A stretch of DNA of 32,000 nt from Caldimicrobium thiodismutans (GCF_001548275.1 NZ_AP014945.1:300001-332000), one strand, 5' to 3'. Shown: positions 15,632-24,839, counted from the first letter of the stretch. Translations and numbers: made by a program. The notes: generated from the sequence alone by a model not told the origin.

Positions 15632-18600
15632 ATGAAACGCCTTTTCCTTCTTTTTTTTGCTGCTTTTATTCTCATCTTTCTGGTTATTGGAATTATTGGC
15701 TTTAATCTGGATTTCTTATTGAACCATAAATACTTTAAAAACAAATTAAGAGGCTTTCTTTCAGAAAGAGCTCAACTTGATCTGGATTACAAAAAGGTTC
15801 ATGTCAACCTCTATAAATATTATCTTGAGTTTGAAGACTTAAGGATTACAAATCCTGATTTGGAACTGAATTTTCCCAAGGGTAGATTGACCTTTTCACC
15901 TCAAAAACTGATTCGCCTAAACTATTATCCATCAGGGCTTTATCTTAAAAATCCCTATTTAAGAATAAGGGAGACCAAGGAGGAAAAACCTCTTGAAACA
16001 GAGACTCTCTATCAGTTTTTAGAAAAAGTCTCTCCCTTTTCAGGTAATATTGTGAATGGGACTTTAGAGTGGGTTCAAGAAAACAATAGAAAACTCAAGT
16101 TTTCTTCTATAAATCTTATTTTTAGAGATAAAAGCCCCCAGTTACTTTTTACAGGAAATCTTACTACTTCCTTTGCGCAAACCTTAGATTTAAAGGGTAG
16201 ATTTGACTATCAAAAAAGATTCTTGGAAAGTTCTCTCCGAATTAAAAAACTTGATTTAAGCAAGATTTCTCTTTTAGAAAGCTCCATGTTAACAAAGACT
16301 GAATTTGATATCTCCTTAGAGATCTCTCTTGAAAAGGGTATTTGGAATCTAAGTTTTACAGGTTCTGCTCCATGCATAGCCTTTAAAAATCAAGAAAAGC
16401 CCCTTGTATGTGGAATTTTTCAGGGTTTTTTGATAGGAAATGCGGAGACCTATGCCTTAGAGTTAAATCCTATCCAGATGAAGTATCCTGAGATAAATGG
16501 GGAAATTGCCTTTGGCAAAAAAGAAAAGGCCTATTATTTCAAAAGCTCTATTAAGACTCTAAGCCTTACAGATCTGAAAGAGATTATCTCTCCTCACCTT
16601 ACAGTCTCTGAAAAAGAAGAGCTCTTTGGGATTTTAAGGGGTGGAAAGTTTAAAGATCTCAAATTTTTAGCTCAGGCCAGGGATTTAAAAGGTCTTTTTG
16701 CCTTAGAAAATATTCAATTATCAGGAGAGGTTGAAAAGGGAACAGTAACCATTCCTGAACCCTCTTTGTCTTTCTCAGATATTAATGGAAAAATCAGGTT
16801 TGAAGATAAAAAATTGGGTTTTCAGGGTGAAGCGGTAGTTGAGGATGAGATCCCATCTAAGATTGAAGATTTCAAACTGGATTTGCTGAGTAAAAATCCC
16901 GGTCTTGAAATTAAAGGTTTTTTTGAAGGTAGGGCTAAAAGGATCCTTGAAATAGGAAGGAGCCTTACAAAAGATCCTACCCTTCTTTCAGATGTAACCG
17001 AGCTTAAAGGAGATTTGAAAGGAGCTCTGGAACTAAAAGGTCCTTTTAATAATTTATCTCTTCAGCTCAGAATTTGGCCAAATGATCTTGAATTTAAGAC
17101 CATACATTTAAAGGATTGGATCGCCTTGCAAGAAGGGGAAATTGCTTATAGAAATAATTTAATTCAGTTGAAAAATCTTAGCTTTTTTTATAAAGAAAAC
17201 CTTTTTAGGGGTGTAGATGGCAATATTTTTCTTGATAGTGAAATCCTTCAGCTTAAGGCCTCATCAGCCCTTTTAAAAGAATCTCTGGTTCAGGAGCTTT
17301 TGAAAGACTCCCCAGATTTAAAAAAAGAGTTTGAAAAATATAAGCTTTCCTTTAGTGAAGTTAAATTAAAAGAGATAACCTATGAGGGAAATTTAAGGGA
17401 TTTTGAGAAAAAAGAGGGTGCTCAAATTTTAAAAGGAATCAAGTTTAGTGGAACTATCTTTGATTTAAGGGGTGCTTCCCCCTGGGAGACTTTTCATGCA
17501 CCTATTTATATCCCGATGGCAACTTTTAGCTGGAAGTTCCCCTTTGTAGATCTACAGGAAGCAAGCATTTTTTCTGAAAATTCAACCCTTTCAGTAAGAG
17601 GACTTTTCAATTCTGAAACAAAGGAAATCTCCTTAACGGGATCAGGAGAATTATCTCCAGAGTTTCTTGGAAGAATGGAAGAATTTTTAAAACTTAAAAA
17701 TTCTATTTATTCTCTTAAAAAAGAACCTATCCAAATTGAAGACTTTTCTCTAAATTTCAAATCTGATGAGGTGAGTTACAAAGGAAGACAAAGATTTAAA
17801 AATTTAAATATAGAAGTTGAGGGTAATTATGCTCAGGGTTTTGAGATTAAGGCTAAAATTTATTCAGCCAAAAATGATTTTCTCCTCGGACTCAGAGATA
17901 CAGGTGGAAATCTAACTATAGAGTTTAAGGGGAAAGGGGATATAGAGGAGCTTTTTTCTGTCTTTGAAAGACCCTCTGCCAGGGAAGGAGAGATTGCAGG
18001 TGAAGTTACTTTAAAGGTCAATTTATTAGGATTAAAAACTTTAGAGGGGCTCAATAATGAAAAGACCTTACCTGAGTTTTTAAAGGCCTATCTCAAAGAG
18101 CTTCCTGTAGAGGGAGTAGGTAGACTCTCTTTAAGGAGGTTAAAGCTTACTGATACTCTGGATTTTATTTTTTCAGGGGATCTGGATTTAGAAAGGCATA
18201 AAGTAATGGCTAAAAATCTTTCTTTGCAGATAAATAAGGCTGAAGTAAAAGGAGATTTGGAAATTGAACCAACTCCTAACTGGTTTGAAGTAAAGGGAAA
18301 TCTTTTGGCAAAAGAGGTGAATTTAAAGGATTATATGCAAAAAGTTTCTGAGAGGGTTTCAGAAAGAATTCCCCGGGAAGAAACAACCATTGAAGAGAGA
18401 ATAAGTCAACTTCCTGCAAAAGGGAGTATTAATTTTGAGATCGAAAACTTGGTTTTACCTACCTCTCATAAGGTTAATAGTCTCAAGGTTATAATTTCAA
18501 AAAAGGAGGAAAAGGTTTTTCGCCTTGAGATCCCGCAGATTAATCTTTGTAATCTGAATTTTTATGCTGAATATGAAAGTAATCCAGAATTTAAATATTT

Positions 18601-19318
18601 TTTTGTGGACTTACATCCAGCCAAAGGAGATCTTCTGGATCTTTTTTCTTGTTTGTATCCTGAAGAGATGCCCAAAATTATCTTTGAGGGCCCCTTTGAA
18701 ATGCAAGGCTTTTTTTATACTGAAGGGGTAAAAAAATTCTTTGAAAACACCTATGGGAAACTTGAAATGAGGTCTAAAAGGGGCTATATATATAGAGCTC
18801 CCCTTTTAGCAAGAGTCCTTGGATTTTTAAGCCCTATTGATCTTTTTAGGGGTAAAATACCCAATCTTGAGAAAAATCTCTTACCCTATGAGGAGATTGA
18901 CTTCACAGGAGACTTTAAAAATTCTTCCCTCCGGGTGGATACTTTTTTCCTTTCTGCCCCTGGTTTTAGGCTTTTTGGGAACGGTCCTGTTTCTCTTTCT
19001 GACAAAAAATTGAGTCTTACCTTTCTTGTTTCTCCTTTTAAAACAGTAGATGTAATCTTAGAACATATCCCCTTTGTTAGCCAGTGGGCCCTGGGAAAGG
19101 AAAGAATGCTTATTTATTTGCCCCTTGAGGTGGTAGGAACCTATGATAATCCTATCATTGTGCCCCTTCATCCAGCAAGTATTGGAAAGGGTCTTTTCAG
19201 ATTTATTTTTAAATTCTTTGGAATTCAAGAGGAATTCTTTAAAAAACCCGAGAGCTTTGAGGGTTTCAAAAAACCGGAGTTATTAAAGGATAAAGGTGGA
19301 GATTCTCTACGAAGATAA
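15632..19318 (+). CDS. Large AsmA-like / YhdP-family envelope protein (N-terminal TM anchor, AsmA-like C-terminal region)
   Basis: 1228 aa with a single N-terminal TM helix and a long beta-rich repetitive body. The C-terminal segment GYIYRAPLLARVLGFLSPIDLFRG...FRLFGNGPVSL...PLEVVGTYDNPIIVPL resembles AsmA/YhdP C-termini. The call rests on family resemblance only. Confidence 0.6.
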   Translation: MKRLFLLFFAAFILIFLVIGIIGFNLDFLLNHKYFKNKLRGFLSERAQLDLDYKKVHVNLYKYYLEFEDLRITNPDLELNFPKGRLTFSPQKLIRLNYYPSGLYLKNPYLRIRETKEEKPLETETLYQFLEKVSPFSGNIVNGTLEWVQENNRKLKFSSINLIFRDKSPQLLFTGNLTTSFAQTLDLKGRFDYQKRFLESSLRIKKLDLSKISLLESSMLTKTEFDISLEISLEKGIWNLSFTGSAPCIAFKNQEKPLVCGIFQGFLIGNAETYALELNPIQMKYPEINGEIAFGKKEKAYYFKSSIKTLSLTDLKEIISPHLTVSEKEELFGILRGGKFKDLKFLAQARDLKGLFALENIQLSGEVEKGTVTIPEPSLSFSDINGKIRFEDKKLGFQGEAVVEDEIPSKIEDFKLDLLSKNPGLEIKGFFEGRAKRILEIGRSLTKDPTLLSDVTELKGDLKGALELKGPFNNLSLQLRIWPNDLEFKTIHLKDWIALQEGEIAYRNNLIQLKNLSFFYKENLFRGVDGNIFLDSEILQLKASSALLKESLVQELLKDSPDLKKEFEKYKLSFSEVKLKEITYEGNLRDFEKKEGAQILKGIKFSGTIFDLRGASPWETFHAPIYIPMATFSWKFPFVDLQEASIFSENSTLSVRGLFNSETKEISLTGSGELSPEFLGRMEEFLKLKNSIYSLKKEPIQIEDFSLNFKSDEVSYKGRQRFKNLNIEVEGNYAQGFEIKAKIYSAKNDFLLGLRDTGGNLTIEFKGKGDIEELFSVFERPSAREGEIAGEVTLKVNLLGLKTLEGLNNEKTLPEFLKAYLKELPVEGVGRLSLRRLKLTDTLDFIFSGDLDLERHKVMAKNLSLQINKAEVKGDLEIEPTPNWFEVKGNLLAKEVNLKDYMQKVSERVSERIPREETTIEERISQLPAKGSINFEIENLVLPTSHKVNSLKVIISKKEEKVFRLEIPQINLCNLNFYAEYESNPEFKYFFVDLHPAKGDLLDLFSCLYPEEMPKIIFEGPFEMQGFFYTEGVKKFFENTYGKLEMRSKRGYIYRAPLLARVLGFLSPIDLFRGKIPNLEKNLLPYEEIDFTGDFKNSSLRVDTFFLSAPGFRLFGNGPVSLSDKKLSLTFLVSPFKTVDVILEHIPFVSQWALGKERMLIYLPLEVVGTYDNPIIVPLHPASIGKGLFRFIFKFFGIQEEFFKKPESFEGFKKPELLKDKGGDSLRR

Positions 19319-20030
19319 ATATCTCATCGCAGTTAATAAACCAGCTGGCCTTGTAGTTCAAGGTGCAAAGAAAAAAGAAGAGTCCCTCTTGGAGAAATTG
19401 AAGGATTTTATTAAAAAAAGGGATCAAAAACCCGGTCAGGTCTTTCTTGCAGTTGTTCATCGTTTGGATAAGCCAGTTTCAGGGGTTGTGTTAATAGCTA
19501 AGCGAAGCAAAACAGCATCAAAGGTTTTTCAGCTCTTTAAGAGCGGAAAGGTAGAGAAAATTTATTTAGCCAAGATTGAAAATCTTTTTAAAGAAGGCTT
19601 TGGTTATTGGGAAGACTATCTTTTATACGATGAGAAAAAGAAAAGGGCATTAGTTTTAGATAGGGATACTCTGGGAGCTAAGAGGGCTCTAACCTTTTAT
19701 CAATTAGTTAAGGCAGGAGAGGCCTATTCCCTTTTATTGCTTTTTCCAGTAACGGGAAGAAAACACCAGTTAAGGGTTTCTCTTGCCCAAAGGGGGTATC
19801 CTATTGTGGGAGATAAAACATATGGGTCGAAGAGAAAATTTAATAGGGGAACCATTTTTCTGCATGCCTTACAATTAGCCCTCCCTCATCCCCATACTCA
19901 AGATTTTCTTGAGATTTATGCTCCTTTACCATCCTATTTCGGGAAAATAGACCTTGACAAAAGGACAATTTTGGAGTTTCTTAATAGAGTTAAAGAGGAA
20001 AAGGAGAGGTTAAAGAATGTGTCAGGCTAA
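19296..20030 (+). CDS. RluA-family RNA pseudouridine synthase (no S4 domain)
   Basis: LIAVNKPAGLVVQ, the catalytic HRLDKPVSGVVL, and GRKHQLRVSLAQRGYPIVGDKTYG. The GTG start overlaps the preceding gene by 23 nt. Confidence 0.85.
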   Translation: MEILYEDKYLIAVNKPAGLVVQGAKKKEESLLEKLKDFIKKRDQKPGQVFLAVVHRLDKPVSGVVLIAKRSKTASKVFQLFKSGKVEKIYLAKIENLFKEGFGYWEDYLLYDEKKKRALVLDRDTLGAKRALTFYQLVKAGEAYSLLLLFPVTGRKHQLRVSLAQRGYPIVGDKTYGSKRKFNRGTIFLHALQLALPHPHTQDFLEIYAPLPSYFGKIDLDKRTILEFLNRVKEEKERLKNVSG

Positions 20031-20217
20031 AATTTGGGTTAGGGTTGGATCACAGGAGAAAGAGATTGCAAAAGATATTACCCAATTGGAGATTAACGGT
20101 GATGAACTTATTTTAAAGACCTTTTTTGAGGCTCCTAAAAGGATCAAAGGTAAGATCAAGGAGATTGACTTTTTAAAGGGAAAGGTCTTAATTGAGTCCG
20201 ATGTCTTTCCAGAATAA
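20017..20217 (+). CDS. CooT-family small nickel-binding protein homologue
   Basis: 66 aa. It has the N-terminal MCxAK signature with Cys2 and a beta-rich pattern like CooT, which I recall as Pfam PF10133. It overlaps the end of the rluA-like gene by 14 nt. Confidence 0.65.
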   Translation: MCQAKIWVRVGSQEKEIAKDITQLEINGDELILKTFFEAPKRIKGKIKEIDFLKGKVLIESDVFPE

Positions 20218-20401
20218 TTCCGAGGAAGAGTTAGTTCTCTGTGTAAGGTGTGCCTGGCGAGAATTTTGTGTTAAAAAATTTACTATAGATAATACAAGAC
20301 CAATTAAATGTCCAGAATTTTCCTTAGACATTAATCTTGCTAAGAAGGAGAAAGAGAGTGATCAAAAGGAAGATAAGAGAAAGATTAAAGGAGACGCTTA
20401 A
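20201..20401 (+). CDS. Hypothetical small Cys-rich protein (CxxC-x5-C...C-P); the start could instead be TTG at 20192
   Basis: ORF only: LCVRCAWREFCVKKF...IKCPEF. There is no clear SD. It overlaps the CooT 3' end and the argS 5' end, and its basic C-terminal tail may simply be out-of-frame argS sequence. Confidence 0.3.
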   Translation: MSFQNNSEEELVLCVRCAWREFCVKKFTIDNTRPIKCPEFSLDINLAKKEKESDQKEDKRKIKGDA

Positions 20402-22010
20402 AGAATTAAATCTTATTGAAAAAGATATTCCCTTTGAGGTTGAAAGACCAAAAAGAGAGGATTTGGGGGATTTTTCAACTAATCTTGCTCTGGTCTTGCA
20501 GGGTGTGCTTAAAGCTAAGCCAAGGGAGATTGCTGAAAGAATAATTGAAAAATTGAGGCTTGAAGGGGATCTTTTTGAAAAAATTGAGATAGCAGGGCCT
20601 GGATTTATAAATTTTTGGATAAATCCCGAGTTTTTGAGAAAAAATCTACTCCAGATCCTTAAGGAAAAGGATAACTATGGTGCGCTAAATATTGGTAAGG
20701 GTCAAAGGATTCATATTGAATTTGTCTCAGCCAACCCCACAGGACCATTGCATATTGGACATGGGAGAGGGGCTGCCTATGGGGATGCTCTCGCCAGAAT
20801 TCTCAAATTTGCAGGATTTAATGTGCATACGGAGTATTATATCAATGATCGTGGGACTCAGATGAACATCCTGGGAGCTTCTGTCTACCTCAGGGCAAAG
20901 GAATTAACAGGAGAAAAGGTCCCCTTTCCTGAGGACTACTATCAGGGCGATTATATTTATGATATAGCTAAGGAGGCCTTAAAATTATATCCTGATTTAA
21001 TGCAAAAAGCAGAATCTGAAGCTATTGAGCTTTGTCGGGAACTTGCAATAAAAAGCATCCTTGAGGATATTAGATTAGACCTGAAAAATTTTAGAGTTGA
21101 ATATGACCATTGGTATTCCGAAAGGGATTTGTATAAGAAGTCCTTGGTTGAGGAGGTCTTGAGTCTTCTTATAGATAAAGGCTATCTCTATGAGGCAGAA
21201 GGGGCCCTCTGGTTTAAATCAACCCTTTTTGGAGATGAAAAGGATAGAGTCGTCCGCAAATCTTCAGGGGAATGGACTTACTTTGCCAGTGATATTAGCT
21301 ATCACTATGAGAAGTTTATAAAAAGGGGCTTTGATCTTGCCATAGATCTCTGGGGTGCAGATCACCATGGCTATGTGCAAAGACTAAAAGGTGTGCTTAA
21401 GGCGTTGGGAATAGATCCTGAGAGACTGAAGGTCTTATTAATTCAGATGGTCAATCTTCTTGAGGGTGGAGAACTTAAAAGTATGTCCACCCGTAAAGCA
21501 GAATATATAGAGCTAAAGGAATTGGTAAGAGAAGTAGGGGTAGATGCAGTTAGATTTATCTTTCTTTCCAGAAGTCAAGATTCACCTCTTGACTTTGATG
21601 TGGAACTTGCTAAAAAACAATCTCAGGAGAACCCTGTTTATTATGTGCAATATGCCCATGCCCGTATCTGTTCCATTAAGGAAAAGGCAAAATCTGAAGG
21701 ATTTCCTCTGGATGAACTTTATGAGGCAAAACTATTTTTGCTTTCTGAAAAGGAATCCTTAGATCTTATGAAAAAATTGGCAGAGTTTTCCGATGTGGTT
21801 GAGATTTCAGCCTTGCAATTTGCTCCTTATAAGATAGTTTATTATCTTCTTGAGCTGGCAGGACTTTTTCATGAGTATTACAATAAATATCGGGTAGTGG
21901 GAGAGGAAAAAGAGATAAGCCTTGCCCGTTTGGCCTTAACTGAAGGCTGTAGAATTATTATTCAAAGAGGACTTACTCTCTTAGGTGTAAATAGTCCTGA
22001 AAAAATGTGA
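20358..22010 (+). CDS. argS: Arginine--tRNA ligase
   Basis: Class I HIGH motif (ANPTGPLHIGHGRGA), the KMSK-like MSTRK, and a DALR anticodon-binding C-terminus. I prefer GTG 20358, which sits 7 nt after AAGGAG, over the ORF-track start at 20337. Confidence 0.93.
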   Translation: MIKRKIRERLKETLKELNLIEKDIPFEVERPKREDLGDFSTNLALVLQGVLKAKPREIAERIIEKLRLEGDLFEKIEIAGPGFINFWINPEFLRKNLLQILKEKDNYGALNIGKGQRIHIEFVSANPTGPLHIGHGRGAAYGDALARILKFAGFNVHTEYYINDRGTQMNILGASVYLRAKELTGEKVPFPEDYYQGDYIYDIAKEALKLYPDLMQKAESEAIELCRELAIKSILEDIRLDLKNFRVEYDHWYSERDLYKKSLVEEVLSLLIDKGYLYEAEGALWFKSTLFGDEKDRVVRKSSGEWTYFASDISYHYEKFIKRGFDLAIDLWGADHHGYVQRLKGVLKALGIDPERLKVLLIQMVNLLEGGELKSMSTRKAEYIELKELVREVGVDAVRFIFLSRSQDSPLDFDVELAKKQSQENPVYYVQYAHARICSIKEKAKSEGFPLDELYEAKLFLLSEKESLDLMKKLAEFSDVVEISALQFAPYKIVYYLLELAGLFHEYYNKYRVVGEEKEISLARLALTEGCRIIIQRGLTLLGVNSPEKM

Positions 22011-22022
22011 AGGAGGTCAAGG

Positions 22023-22745
22023 ATGGAAGAAAAAAAGGTAAAATTTGAGTTAAGTAAGATCTCTTTGATCTTTGTTATTCTCTTTGGTCTATGTCTTTTA
22101 ATCTGGACTTTTATTCTTGGAGTCTGGGTTGGGACAAAGATTGGTGGAAAACAATCTACTGAAGAGATAGCTCTTGAACAAAAGGTGTCTCCCCATCCCT
22201 CACCAGTGGTTAATGCTACTAATATGACTCAGGAGGCACAGAAGGAGACTAAAAAGACAGAAAACGAAACCCAGATGAATCAAACTGTTAATCAGACTAT
22301 TGCTCAGGTGAAGGAGGAGAAAAAAGAGATAGCACCTCAGCCTGCAGAAAAGAAACCTGAAGTAAAGAAGGAGGTGACTCCTTCTAGAAAGGAGGTTCAT
22401 AAAGAGGTCTCCCAAAAGCCTGAAAAACAATCTGCTCCAACTGAGTCTCCTAAGTATGCTAAAAAGGAGGTTGCCCATTTAGCTGAAAAAATTAAGGAAC
22501 AGAGCTCTGGAAAGTTTTCAATTCAGGTAGGAGCCTTTTCTCAAAGGGAAAAGGCCTTAAGTGTAGTTGAAAAGGCAAAAAAACTTGGATATAGTGCAGA
22601 AATAAAAGAGACTACCTCTGAAGGTAAAACCCTTTATAAAGTTTTAGTTGGAAGATATGGAGATAGACCTACTGCAGATAAAGCATTAAAGGAGATTCAG
22701 GGTAAGCTTGGTATAGAAAAACCTTTTGTTGTTGAACTGCCCTAA
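22023..22745 (+). CDS. SPOR-domain (septal peptidoglycan-binding) membrane-anchored protein
   Basis: N-terminal TM helix, a low-complexity K/E/P/Q linker, and a C-terminal SPOR fold signature FSIQVGAFSQREKALSVVEKAKKLGY...YKVLVGRYGDRPTADKA. Confidence 0.8.
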   Translation: MEEKKVKFELSKISLIFVILFGLCLLIWTFILGVWVGTKIGGKQSTEEIALEQKVSPHPSPVVNATNMTQEAQKETKKTENETQMNQTVNQTIAQVKEEKKEIAPQPAEKKPEVKKEVTPSRKEVHKEVSQKPEKQSAPTESPKYAKKEVAHLAEKIKEQSSGKFSIQVGAFSQREKALSVVEKAKKLGYSAEIKETTSEGKTLYKVLVGRYGDRPTADKALKEIQGKLGIEKPFVVELP

Positions 22746-22762
22746 TTTAAAGAGGATTTATA

Positions 22763-23224
22763 TTGGAAGTAAGAAAAGCAAAGCTCTCTGACATAAAATA
22801 TATATATAAATTGATTTTATATTTTTCTAAAAAAGGGGATGTAATACCCCGTCCCTTAGCTGAACTTTATGAGAGTGTAAGGGAGTTTTTTGTTTGTGAG
22901 GATAGAGATCTTATTGTTGGGGCCTGTTCTTTACATATACTTTGGGAGGATTTAGCTGAAATCAGATCCTTAGTTGTTAGTGAGGAATACCACAGACAGG
23001 GGATAGGGAGTAAGTTGATTGAGGCCTGTCTTAAAGAGGCCAAAGAATTGGGAATACCAAAGATATTTGTTTTAACTACTTCCCCTGATTTTTTTAAAAA
23101 ATTTGGCTTTAAGGAGGTGCATAAACAAGAGCTACCCCAGAAGGTCTGGGCTGATTGTATTAAATGTAGTAAGTTTCCTGAATGTGATGAAGTTCCTATG
23201 CTTTTAGAATTGAATCAGAATTAG
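22763..23224 (+). CDS. GNAT-family N-acetyltransferase (short ArgA/NAGS-like type) with a C-terminal CxxC-x5-C tail
   Basis: Acetyl-CoA motif A region RSLVVSEEYHRQGIGSKLIEACLKEAKELG. C-terminus KVWADCIKCSKFPECDE. TTG start. Confidence 0.75.
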   Translation: MEVRKAKLSDIKYIYKLILYFSKKGDVIPRPLAELYESVREFFVCEDRDLIVGACSLHILWEDLAEIRSLVVSEEYHRQGIGSKLIEACLKEAKELGIPKIFVLTTSPDFFKKFGFKEVHKQELPQKVWADCIKCSKFPECDEVPMLLELNQN

Positions 23225-23244
23225 TTATTTTTTTCTCGTAGGGG

Positions 23245-23272
23245 TTGACATTTTTTAAAAAAAAGTTAATCT
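23245..23272 (+). promoter_or_regulatory. Candidate promoter upstream of dsrC
   Basis: Perfect TTGACA (23245-23250), a 16-nt spacer, then TAATCT (23267-23272). The predicted start would fall at the base of the 23279-23296 hairpin. Confidence 0.3.
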
Positions 23273-23278
23273 TAGTTT

Positions 23279-23300
23279 GGCCCCATTAAAGGGGCCTTTT
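23279..23300 (+). terminator. GC-rich hairpin plus U-tract: terminator of the GNAT gene and/or 5'-terminal stem-loop of the dsrC mRNA
   Basis: GGCCCC-ATTAAA-GGGGCC followed by TTTT. Confidence 0.5.
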
Positions 23301-23359
23301 ATTGAATAAAAAATATTTAATGAAGATTATTAAAGTAAAAAAATAAAGGAGGTGGAGTT

Positions 23360-23680
23360 ATGCCTACAGTTGAGTACAAAGGTAAGACTTTTGAGGTTGA
23401 TGAAGATGGATTTTTAGTTGGTGGTCTTGAGGTTTGGTGTCAAGAATGGGTTGATTATGTTAAAGAGCAAGAGGGCATTTCTGAACTGACGGATGAGCAC
23501 TGGAAAGTTATTAATGTGCTTCAGGATTATTTTAGGAAAAACGGTGTTGCCCCAATGGTGAGAATTCTTTCCAAGGTTACTGGATATCCTCTTAAGAAGA
23601 TTTATGAGCTTTTCCCCTCTGGTCCTGGAAAGGGTGCCTGTAAAATGGCTGGTCTCCCCAAACCTACTGGTTGCGTGTAA
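23360..23680 (+). CDS. dsrC: DsrC (TusE/DsrC/DsvC family sulfur-relay protein), canonical two-cysteine C-terminal arm
   Basis: 106 aa. The C-terminus GKGACKMAGLPKPTGCV has the Cx10C arrangement and penultimate Cys typical of genuine DsrC. Strong SD AAGGAGGTGGAG. Confidence 0.9.
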   Translation: MPTVEYKGKTFEVDEDGFLVGGLEVWCQEWVDYVKEQEGISELTDEHWKVINVLQDYFRKNGVAPMVRILSKVTGYPLKKIYELFPSGPGKGACKMAGLPKPTGCV

Positions 23681-23695
23681 TCAATCTTTTTTATC

Positions 23696-23721
23696 AGGGG
23701 GCTATTGCCCCCTAAGCTTTT
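23696..23721 (+). terminator. Candidate intrinsic terminator after dsrC
   Basis: AGGGGGC-TATT-GCCCCCT hairpin followed by AAGCTTTT, an interrupted U-tract. Confidence 0.5.
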
Positions 23722-24150
23722 ATGTTAAAGCGGATATTTTATTTTTATGTTTTGTTTTTATTTTTCGCTTTTATTCCTCTTTTAGCTCAAAATAAAATTG
23801 ATTTAAACAAAGCTACTTTAGAAGAACTTAAAAAAGTCCCTGGTATAGGTGAGGTAATAGCTAAAAACATAATTGAGTATAGAGAAAAAGAAGGTCCTTT
23901 TAAAAACATAGAAGACCTTAAAAAGATCAAAGGAATTGGTGAAAAAAAATTAGAACTTTTGCGGAATTATCTAACTGTTGGTGATACAGTAGGCACTTCT
24001 AATCCAAGTGATACCCTTCCTTTTAATGAGACCTATCCCAAGGAAAGACAGATCTATTATTATAAAGATGAAAAAGGTATTCTTCATTATACACAATTTC
24101 CTGAAACTGTTCCCGAAAAATATAGAAAGACTCTTAGACCTCTTCGCTAA
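23722..24150 (+). CDS. comEA: ComEA-family helix-hairpin-helix DNA-binding protein with signal/anchor sequence and a C-terminal extension
   Basis: Hydrophobic N-terminus, then IDLNKATLEELKKVPGIGEVIAKNIIEYREKEGPFKNIEDLKKIKGIGEKKLE (tandem HhH). Confidence 0.8.
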   Translation: MLKRIFYFYVLFLFFAFIPLLAQNKIDLNKATLEELKKVPGIGEVIAKNIIEYREKEGPFKNIEDLKKIKGIGEKKLELLRNYLTVGDTVGTSNPSDTLPFNETYPKERQIYYYKDEKGILHYTQFPETVPEKYRKTLRPLR

Positions 24151-24158
24151 AAAGTTAC

Positions 24159-24833
24159 ATGTTAAGGGTTATTTTTCTTGATGCAGAAGGAACTTTTCTT
24201 AAATTTAATCCCTCCTTAGGCGAGATTTATCGCAGGCTTTGGGGCTCCTTTGGTATTAAAACAAATTCTGAGAAAATTTCAGAAAAACTAAGATTTTATT
24301 TTAAAAAAGTTTTTAAAGAAGAGCTTAAAACACCTCTCAATGGAGAGATCTGTAAAGAGGGTTGGAGAGAAGTTTTTCATAGGGCCTTTGAAGAATACAA
24401 AAATGACAAGATCTTTAATGAAGTATTTAAAGCAGCTTATGCCTTCTTTGCCAGTCCTGAATGTGTTACTGTTGTTCCAGGATTTATGGAATTTTTATTG
24501 AAGGGCAAAAAAGCGGGATTAAGCTTTGCAGTTATTTCCAATTGGGATTGCAGGCTTTATCCTATTCTTGAGGGACATAATTTGCTTTCCTATTTGGAGG
24601 GGGTATTTTTGGGCTGTGAAGTGGGTTATTTAAAACCAAGCCCAGAGATCTTTAAAAGAGCCCTATCTTATTTTCAAATTTCTCCTGAAGAGGCCCTTAT
24701 GATAGGTGATACCCTGGAGGATGATATTGAGCCTTCCCAAAAACTGGGTTTACATACCTATCATATTCAAGGGGAACCTGATTACTTAAATATCTGGAAC
24801 CATATTCAAAGGATTTTGTCAGATCAAGGGTGA
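24159..24833 (+). CDS. HAD-superfamily hydrolase (subfamily IA-like)
   Basis: Motif I FLDAEGT (DxE instead of DxD), motif II VISNWD, motif IV MIGDTLEDDI. Confidence 0.7.
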   Translation: MLRVIFLDAEGTFLKFNPSLGEIYRRLWGSFGIKTNSEKISEKLRFYFKKVFKEELKTPLNGEICKEGWREVFHRAFEEYKNDKIFNEVFKAAYAFFASPECVTVVPGFMEFLLKGKKAGLSFAVISNWDCRLYPILEGHNLLSYLEGVFLGCEVGYLKPSPEIFKRALSYFQISPEEALMIGDTLEDDIEPSQKLGLHTYHIQGEPDYLNIWNHIQRILSDQG

Positions 24834-24839
24834 TAATCT

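Noticed and set aside
20337-20357. ORF-track start of argS at 20337 (MLRRRKRV...).
   Set aside because: GTG at 20358 has a well-placed AAGGAG SD and gives an N-terminus (IKRKIRERLKETL...) more typical of ArgS. The upstream extension is probably not translated, though this is uncertain.
22200-22478. 92-aa minus-strand ORF within the SPOR-protein linker.
   Set aside because: It is the antisense shadow of a low-complexity K/E/P linker and has a Leu/Phe/Arg-rich nonsense composition.
23604-23795. 63-aa plus-strand ORF bridging the dsrC 3' end and the comEA 5' end.
   Set aside because: It runs through the dsrC terminator hairpin and is out of frame with two well-supported genes.
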